Of a stretch of 37,191 bases of DNA, positions 12,685-21,282 are shown in pieces (within the stretch, counting starts at the first letter, position 1; each line of letters opens with the position of its first letter). Position numbers and translations under genes: made by a program. Source of the DNA: Octopus sinensis (lineage: Eukaryota); NCBI RefSeq assembly GCF_006345805.1, contig NW_021835940.1:1-37191 (forward strand). The letters run 5' to 3'. The notes under the pieces were generated by a model, which was not told the DNA's origin, did no database searches, and was given only the letters and a program-made list of their open reading frames with translations.

Positions 12685-14355
12685 TTTTAAAGAAAATTGG
12701 ACACGATTTCCCGAGGGATGAGCAAAAAGTGCTCACTCTCGAAAATGTGGAAGATGCTGCGTAGCATTAAAAACGCCGACAGTACAAACGAGGATGACAA
12801 CAATCACCAACTAGACCTAAACACTTTTATGAAACATTGCGTGAAGATAAGTCACAAGCCTTATAAAAAATCGGAATCCTCTTCAATTATTAAGGGTAAA
12901 CCGAAAAGGGAGCCTCCATCATTGTACTTCCTACCTCGAGATGTCGCTTTAGAAATTTTCCGACTAAAGAATACACGCTCCTGCGGACCAGACGGAATCC
13001 CAGCGATCATGCTCAAAAAATTGGGCGATGCAGCTATCTCTGCACTTACGAGTATTTACAACTACTCGTGCAACTTCAATTTCATTCCAACATTATGGAA
13101 ACTGTCGTGCATTCACCCAATCCTGAAGCCTGGAAAACCGAAGGAGCAACCTGGATCATACAGGCCACTGTTCCTTTTATGCGTCCAGGCACGAATTCTA
13201 GAGAGAATGGTGATGACTTTGATTCGCCCCCTCCTCCCAGAAGTCAGTTTCCAACGTGGATTCAAAGAGGGGCGATCAACTGTCACACACCTAAATGCTT
13301 TAATTAAGTTTATATCCGACAGTCTAAACAATAAACCTAAACAGGAAAAATCCATTGTCTGCTCGATCGACATAAAGAAGGCTTTCGATTCGGTGCCAAG
13401 GAAAATACTCACACAAAAGATCTATTCCTCAAATATTGATACGAATCTAAAACTATGGCTTGGGAATTTCCTGAGCGGCCGTCGGGGAAGGGCTTGCTGT
13501 GGAAACAGATCTTCCATATCGAGACTATTACCAAATGGGGTCCCTCAGGGTTCTCCACTATCTCCACTTTTATTCAATCTCATGATGAACGACATACCAC
13601 AGCCAGAAGGGGACAACGATCTGTTATTACTATATGCAGACGATATTATCGTCGCATCAAGGGATGTGAGCATAATAAAAGCAACGGATAGAATACAGGA
13701 TAACCTCAACAATCTGATTTCATGGCTATATAAAAACGAACTGGAAGCAAGTCCGGAAAAATCTATTTTGACTCTGTTTACGAAAAACAGAAGGCTTGGA
13801 AAGTCTCAATTGAAGCAAAGTTAGACGGGGAAATTATACCGCAGAGCAAAACCCAGAAGATTCTTGGAGTTACATTCGACACCTTTCTAACCTTTTCAAC
13901 CCACGTCGAAAATGTAGTTATGGCGGGTGCAAGAAAGGTTAACTTCCTGAATGCCTTCCTGAAGAACGCAGAAGAATGCAAAGGCCTATATGGCCTAAAC
14001 AACATATATAATCAATACTTGGAACCTACGATCGGCTATGCGTGCGGAATCTGGGGAACAAACTTAAGTGCAAACAATCAATCAAAAATCGACAAAATTC
14101 GGTTGAAAGCGGCAAACCTGCTAAATACTTTTTCCGATAAAGAGATTATCCCAAAAGCCTGGAACAACATCATAAAGTCATCTGCAATCCATCTACGAGA
14201 GGTTCGTCCTGAAAATCCCCATCCGTACCGAAAATGCGTCGGGACAACGGCGGAACATCGGGAGAGGCTGCGCGAACTGCTGAGGGAGGCTGGGATCACC
14301 TGAATTCTTCTTTCTTTTGGCTATGACGGTGGTTTTCTGGTTCAATAAATAAATA
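12685..14355 (+). mobile_element. 5'-truncated non-LTR retrotransposon (LINE, I/Jockey-group-like RT)
   Basis: SCGPDGI, YRPL.LL, QRGF…RST, DIKKAFDSV, GVPQGSPLSPLLF, YADD, and KILGVTFD after one frameshift near 13790-13820. (AAAT)n tail at 14343-14358. Candidate TSD AATGGTT at 12678-12684 and 14356-14362. Confidence 0.9.
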
Positions 14356-14589
14356 AATGGTTAACCAAAAATCAGATAGACTTCTCGATAATCAATAAAA
14401 ATTGTTGATGTCAGTGGGATGTTGGTTTTTTCGAGATCCCGCTTTTTTCAACATGTACCAAAATTATTAAAAATGAGTATAAAGTGAGACTTAGAAAAAA
14501 TTAACATGTATTTTGTATGGTAATATTGCTCAAAAATAAAATTTTGAAAGTATCCATTTATTCGCGTGTCCATTTATCCGACTGTGACA

Positions 14590-14765
14590 TCATATATCAC
14601 TTCAGCTTGTCTCTGCGAATCGTGTAAAATGTTCTGCTCATATCAATGCCCAATATTATGGTTACCATTTCAAATTTTTGGCATATGGTAGGAATAGATC
14701 TACCTCCTTATATTACATCGGCAATTGATCTTCCAAACCTGAATCCACTTTGGATGATTAATTTC
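14590..14765 (-). mobile_element. Non-LTR RT relic
   Basis: QSGFRFGRSIADVI…ILGIDMSRTFYTIRRDKL corresponds to the RT Q.GFR..RS and D…AFD.I motifs, with stops. Confidence 0.65.
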
Positions 14766-14833
14766 TTTTTATTTATAATAAAGTAGCTTTATTCAAATAA
14801 AATTGTATCAAATCGAAAGTAATTGGACGATCC

Positions 14834-15114
14834 ATGAAAAGTGAAAAAGTAGTCAAATATTGTTTAGTTTAAATTGCAATTTAAAAATATTAAATTCTTA
14901 TGGCCATCAGTTTGATTTGAAATGGATAGAATATCTTAAAAACATTTAGTTGTTCATTATACTAACTTTCGTAGGCAAAAAATATTCACCACACGAAGAG
15001 AGTTGGAGACGGGAAATATTTCGAAGCAATCTTGAACTAATTGATCAACACAACTTGAAGTACGAAAGAAGAGAGACTTCGTATGCTCTAGGCATCAATC
15101 AGTTCGCAGACATG
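14834..15114 (+). pseudogene. Cathepsin L-type propeptide (I29 inhibitor) domain without protease domain
   Basis: FDLKWIEYL…KKYSPHEESWRREIFRSNLELIDQHN…YALGINQFADM (ERFNIN-like and GNFD motifs). A 26-nt intron contains TACTAAC. The leader is disrupted and no C1A catalytic domain follows. Confidence 0.75.
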
Positions 15115-15319
15115 GTATCTCATCACTTCTTCTTTATAAAGTAAAAGTAAAACAGTAAAATTAAAAGAAAGCTGTAAATAAGAATTTAGCTTTGATTTAG
15201 AAATAACTTTATTGTTCAGATAGACCAGTCTGTTGACGAAATCGAGTAATGCAGGGTTTCGAGTGCAAGTCTAACATTTGTGGACCATTTCTGCGTGTTG
15301 ATATATGTTTTTGGTTTTA

Positions 15320-15395
15320 AACTTTGGTGCGAAGGAGATTAATGAGAATCCCTTGGACGTCTAAAATAACAGACATGAATATACTAAACGTGACT
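15320..15395 (+). mobile_element. RTE-like LINE C-terminal relic
   Basis: WC.RRLMRIPWTSKITDMNIL resembles the RTE W.RR.L.IPW…TN..VL motif. Confidence 0.55.
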
Positions 15396-15903
15396 ATTCA
15401 CTGATGACGGCGCCACTTCGTCAAACGTTTTAACACTGTAGATGTAAAAAATCTTCAACCGGAAGGACAGAGCACAAATACAAACTTGTATGTCACTCTG
15501 CCCGACACCTAATCACTGTGCAACCAACTTGTTTTTTGGTGGAAAAAAGTTCCACGTTAGAATATTTATACTGCATCATCCAAAAACATAATAATTTTTA
15601 GTTTCTGATGCCTCATTTCACATCTTACAATCATTTGAAAACAGTTTGTAACGTTGGAGAAGTAAATACAGGTAACTCATGCAGATTAATATTTTCAACA
15701 TTTGCTTGTTCACCACTGATATAGTACGTCGCCATCATTTTTTTTTGATTTTTGTCGAGTTGTTCGCAATTCAAGGTTAAAGACGATTAATATTCGCGAC
15801 CCACGCTGGCGATCATCAGTTGACATGTGATGTATTTTTGACATTAATTGCGACCATCAGTTTGACAGGTGATGTATTTTAATTGATGTATTTTGTATTA
15901 ATT

Positions 15904-16160
15904 TTTTTTTAATCATATTTTCATTATTAATAATGTCAGTTAATAAATTCAGAGAAGAGATTGATTTGAGAAATCAATTGAGGAAGCCCGCTGCCTGTAT
16001 GGAAAGCGAGTTCCCTCGGAGTATGGCTATTCCGATCCTTTGTCTTAGCCATACTCCTTCACGAGGATCATTTTCTTTGTGGCGAGCATTCTTCCGAGTT
16101 CGCGCAAGAACTCGGCAGTCGCTGGGCCAACAGCTCCTGATGACTCAGCCGCCCCCCCCT
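15904..16160 (-). mobile_element. CRE-like (RLE) non-LTR retrotransposon 3' end, copy A
   Basis: ESSGAVGPATAEFLRELGR…DPREGVWLRQRIGIAILRGNSLSI, a poly(A) tail, and a 13-bp TSD TTTTGTATTAATT at 15891-15903 and 16161-16173. Confidence 0.8.
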
Positions 16161-16593
16161 TTTTGTATTAATTAAAAAAAACTAATGACATGTTAACACT
16201 TAATCCATCGTTAAACTCTTTATATCTTCTAACATCAATAAGATCCGCTTGAATCTTTCATTGGGTTTTTCTGCAGTTACATGGTAATTAGAATCCGACA
16301 CCTAGGTATATTTTTTTTAAAATACTTTCAATGGTATGGCCAATTTACAAATTTCACAGTCTTTTATAATTTGTTTGATGATTGGACGTTTTACAGTGAA
16401 ATAGAATTCACTACACTTTTTCTGAAGCTTCGTATTCCCCAGTGGGATTCTTGGTGAATGGCGAATGCTAGTGTCCTCATCTCCATTTCATTGTCCAGAC
16501 AAATGACCAATTTGTGTTTTTGGTTATTCTCGTCCTTTAGATAAAGACTATGAGTTATGAGTCGCAAATATACCGATCATTAATAATAATAAA

Positions 16594-16786
16594 TTTTTTT
16601 TTTTTGAAGAAAAGATAATATAAATGAAAATAACTAGACAATGCAGTTATTTTGAACTGCCGGCGCATAAGATGGCCTGGCAGTTCCCTCGGACGATCGC
16701 CAACGAGACTCTTTGGAAAAGATGACGAGTCTCGTTGGGATCCTTGTTTCGTCTGGCAATCTTCGACCCCAGCCCCAGCCGATGAC
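16594..16786 (-). mobile_element. CRE-like non-LTR retrotransposon 3' end, copy B
   Basis: LGSKIARRNKDPNETRHLFQRVSLAIVRGNCQAIL* followed by a short UTR and a 12-nt poly(A). Confidence 0.75.
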
Positions 16787-17221
16787 TTTAAAATATTCAC
16801 GACAAAACATTCAGAATGAATTCAATCTATTATGACAAATAAATTGTTAATCCAGTCCTGGAATGCGGATAAACTGAATAACCGTTAGTGTTCATCCAGA
16901 TGCCGTCTTGTCCGAAAATTATTGGAATTGTGACTAAAGTTACATTATATTTGGTGACTTATCGAACTCGGTTCATTGAATCAGAACAGAGGAATTTTAG
17001 AAATTCCAGGTCAAATCTGGAAATTTCCGGTTTTGAGTGTTTAAGAACATTTCGATTGTTCTAATTGAACGAAATGTTTAAGCCAGGCTGTTGTATTTTC
17101 GGGATTTAAATTTTAGTGAAGACGCTAATTGGATTTACTGGCCGTCGCAATTTACGTGCATGTGATCTGTGATGGACCTCGCCAGGCTAAAGTAAGATAT
17201 TTGATGTCAGTCTTAATTTAG

Positions 17222-18258
17222 AAAATCTCTGATTTGAGTGTGAAGGACTGGCTTTCGTGCGATATTTCGTACGTCTGTAAAATAATAATCACAAAATTTG
17301 AAGATATAGTCAACATAAGGTTTAAATTTCAAGGTTGTATTTCAAGTGGAAATTACAAGTACATTGAACCGGAAATGATATGTTTCATGGGTCTAATCTA
17401 TGGATTACTGGGAGCTTACTTTTTATTTTCTGAAAAGTACCTGAATCAATGTATCGGGGTCTTTTTTCTTCAGTTGAGACATTTAATGGATATATACGAC
17501 GGAATGATCTATCGGCGACGAAAGAATGTTGAGTCTACTCCGATCTTTAAAAACATTGGGTTTTTTATCGACGCCACCTCAGACACTCTTGCCATCTCTT
17601 TGTCAGTAATCGCTATTCTCCTTGGCATCCTCAGAAGGCGCAGACAAAACTCGCCTTTGAAGACGTTTGTAACCTCAAAAAAGAAAATATCGTTTTTTGA
17701 AAGTCCTCTTAAATATATGAAACGTAATTTGACTCCTCTTTTACCAATCGGCTCTGAGGACCTGAGGGCAATAGATATTGTCCGTACTTTTGCACTGAGC
17801 TTCACCTTCGTGATAATTATGGGAATTTTTTGGACCACAACCCATGACATGTACTACTCAATATTTGACAGAGTAGTCGAATCTCCAGACGCAGTAATAT
17901 TTAATATTAACATCGCATAGACAGCCCTTGTTCTGAGACATTTCCACTTGAAAACGACTGCTTTTAAGTTTTTTGTTTATTCGCAAGTAAACCACCTCAA
18001 CTACATCCAAATATTTTTTTTCATGGTGATTGCCAGAAGGCAATGGGTGGGGCTAGTTGTGTGACTTTTAGGACTTTCTTCGAATTACCTATATTTGGTG
18101 GTTCATACTCTGCATAGTGTTCACACTCGTCATCAAATTTGACAGTCATTACGTAGGCTATTTTGAAACTATTTTAGTTAAATTCGCAAGTAAATCTAGT
18201 CCTAGAGAAGATGGTCAAAGTTTAATTGTTTACTTTTTCTTTAGTTTGTACAAAATAA
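17222..18258 (+). CDS. CDP-alcohol phosphatidyltransferase, ceramide phosphoethanolamine synthase (CPES)-like; 5' end unresolved
   Basis: DIYDGMIYR…GFFIDATSD fits the DxxDGxxAR…GxxxDxxxD motif, and SVK…I.P.MI…R…D..DG resembles CPES. Introns 17894-17920 (27 nt), 18047-18071 (25) and 18214-18244 (31) keep the frame to TAA 18256-18258. An upstream intron lies at 17192-17221 (30), but the preceding exon has a stop. Confidence 0.75.
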
Positions 18259-18970
18259 AACATTCTATACATATGGGCAATAGAGGAAACCAATTTGTAT
18301 GTATTCCTTGGTGTCCTTGAAGACAAGATAGCTTAAAAACGTCCGACCTGTCTGTTTGTTAGCTTAGCTATTGAAAAATTAGTATATTTTTAAGGAATCT
18401 TCGACGCTTTCAGCCATTTCGTCAATTCGGCGACGAATCGTATCATTACTCAAAGGTAAATTCCAGCCACATCAAAATGGTCGCACTACTTTTAAAATTT
18501 CAGATGGATTACGTCCCAATATATCTTGTAAAAAAACTGCGATAGAAGGTATTATTAACGATTCACCCGAAACATGGTAGAATTATTTTTAGCAACAATA
18601 TGGGCAATTTTGTAGTATGCAAGTAACCCATCTATGAAATAGGTTAAAAGGAATACTTTTTCGCGCGCAAGAGCATGAGAGTGATTAACTTTTGAAGAGT
18701 TGTAGGTTCATCAATCTTGTTTTTATATTTTGAAAATATTCAAGCGAAGATCCGACTAGATTTGGATGTTTAGTCCTCAAATGGTGTATTAATCTTGCTA
18801 ATTTCATTCAACTATTGGCCAAAGGAATTTTGCAGATTATGCAAAAAGGCCTAGATTTGTTTCCACTGGAAGGGATAAATCCATATTTCAGATATTCTTT
18901 ACGATAAATCAGAGGCGTACATGAATTACCACCAGACATGTGATTGACACGAGTATTTATAGGTATCAAA

Positions 18971-21114
18971 TAGAGGTGTACCGATTAATCGGCCGATAAT
19001 CGGTAATCGGCATATCGGCCACTTTGCCGATTATCGGTAATCGGCAAAATCTGCCGATTAATCGGTAATGTAATTATTTTCCGAAATACAATTGTATACA
19101 ACAAAACGTTAAAAAAACAAAATTTTTTTAAAAGAATCAATAATTAAAGTCTAATGTTTTTAAATTATATTGAAGGTACATCATCATTTCTCCATTCTCT
19201 GGAAAAAGTCCATTTCTTTTCGGTTGATATATATTTCCTCCAGTGCTGAAAACTCTTTCGCTTTCTACAGACGAAGCAGGAGCTGTTAAATATTTCAACG
19301 CCATTTTACTTAAGCGGGGAAATATATTCGTGAAGTTCTTCCACCACGTAAATATATTATCAGTTCGTGGTATTAAATCTAGCTCTAAATAATTTTGAAG
19401 TTCCGTCAAATAGCAATGTTGGTAATTTTTCTCCATAGACATAATTGGGTTAGAAGATGAAATTTGAGAAAATATTTCTTCAAATGTTAATGTTTCCAAA
19501 TTTTGTATTTTTGTCAAAGAAATGGCATTTTCAGATAACTTCGTGTCAGGAGAATTACTATCCTTCATATATTTAACAATCAATTTTTTAATTCTTTCAA
19601 TCATACAAGTCTTATGAAATCTTGTTTTAAATCTGGGATCCAATGTTGTTGTAATACATAGTGATTCGTTTTCAAAATAAAAGGTAAATCTTTTATCAAT
19701 AGAGGACATTAATTTTTCAATTGTTTCTTTGATTTCATAAAATTCACAAGATTCTTTTGCCTTTTCAAGAAATAAGAGAATTGTTTTGATTGAAGGAATA
19801 ATCATGGAAGCAGCAGCACTTCTTTTGCTCGCTTCAATTGTTATTTCCTCAAATAGTTTCAAAATTTTAACAATTTTTTCTGCTGTTATCCACTGTATAT
19901 CTGATAATATTGAAAGATTATTATCAATTGCATATGTTACGAGAGCTTTTCGTTGTTCGATCACTCTCGATAACATGTAATAAGTAGAATTCCATCTGAT
20001 ATTAATATCTTGTTTCAATTTATGGACAAGCAGATTTAATTGAGTTTGCAAGTTAGTTAATTTGCTAATTGCAAGTGCAGAATGATTAAAATGGCTTACA
20101 ATATCCCGACTAGTACTAATAATATTTTTGACATCTTCTTGAGAAAAAATTGATTCATTTATTGATAATTGAAGTGAATGCAAAAAACAAGATTGCGATT
20201 CGATTCCTGACTTTCTTACACCAGCAATCATGTTTGGGGCAGAATCTCTTAAAATTAAAAAAAATGATTTCTCTTTTCAGATTATATTCATCTAATACAT
20301 TAGTTATCTCGTCACAAATCTTAGAAGATGTATGAGAACCTTCCAAGGGAATAACTCGTAACAAAACTCTTTGTTGTGTAAATAAATCTGTTAACCAATG
20401 TCCGGTTATACAAAGAAAAGGTTTATTTGCTGTGGTAGCCGTCCAAATATCAATTGTCAGGGACAAAAATTTGATAGAATCGATATCATTTGTAATCGTT
20501 GCTTTAACATTTTTGAAAATTTCAAGAATAATATTTTCCGAAAAATATTTTCTGGAGGGAATACAATAATTTGGAATAATATGATTTAGTAATCGAATGA
20601 AACCAATATCACCAACAAATGAATAGGGTAATAAATTAACTGCAATCATTTCTCCAATTAATTTATGAATTATTTTTGATTTATGATCGTCAATATTCCA
20701 CATATTTTTCTTTTCTATAACTTGAGTAAGTGTTAACTGCTTCAATTGAGCAAAAGGTCGTTTTTTCTGTAACACAATTTGTTCTTCAGCTAATTGTTCA
20801 CTATGATAAACCCTAAGATGATTTATCATATTAGATGTTGTAAATGTCTTTCGCGTTCGTCCTCCTCTTGATATTAAAATATCGCATAATTTACATACGC
20901 AAAAAAACGAATTATCGTCTGAGACATCAAAAAATTTCCATACAACGCTCGACATGTTAAACAAAATATTTAATTACATTTTTAATAAAATAAATTACAT
21001 ATAAATATATTTTTATGTATAATATAATGGCCGATTAATCGGTATCGGTATCGGTGAAATTGGCCGATAATCGGTAATCGGCAAAATCCAAAAATGGTTA
21101 TCGGTGCATCACTA
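18971..21114 (-). mobile_element. Full-length hAT element (Ac/ZBED-like)
   Basis: Imperfect TIRs TAGAGGTGTACCGAT / ATCGGTGCATCACTA, 8-bp TSD GTATCAAA (18963-18970, 21115-21122), and multiple ATCGG/CCGAT subterminal repeats. Confidence 0.95.
19137..20955 (-). CDS. hAT transposase with BED finger (one homopolymer frameshift near 20260)
   Basis: VWKFF…CKLC…TTSNMINHL…H BED finger, TIDIWT, RDSAPNM after frame correction, CFLH, RWNS and ASSVESERVFS. Confidence 0.9.
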
Positions 21115-21282
21115 GTATCAAATGATAATGGTTAACTATTGTAATGTACTAATTACTGATAATAAAAAAATATTAAAAAAAATAATACCATGTACCAATT
21201 TTTTTTCCATGCACCGTTCGAGTATTTTCCATGTACCAAAAATGGTGCACATGCACCACGGTTGAGAATCACTGGTCTAAAC

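Larger units (their letters stand above)
11742..21274. mobile_element. hAT-ended composite segment (split hAT MITE enclosing 9.4 kb of cargo)
   Basis: Perfect 15-bp TIR CAGTGATTCTCAACC (11742) / GGTTGAGAATCACTG (ends 21274). Identical 8-bp flanks GTCTAAAC at 11734-11741 and 21275-21282. Four CATGYACC subterminal motifs at 21189-21257. Confidence 0.75.

Noticed and set aside
15995-16150. Hammerhead ribozyme (CTGATGA plus upstream GAAA and hairpins)
   Set aside because: Stem II and the NUH site cannot be formed, and the region is explained as antisense CRE coding sequence.
16815-17130. Alternative genetic code suggested by several in-frame TAA codons
   Set aside because: MICU1, FAM183 and MCT end at TAA in the expected places and have no internal stops, so this stretch is more likely decayed sequence.
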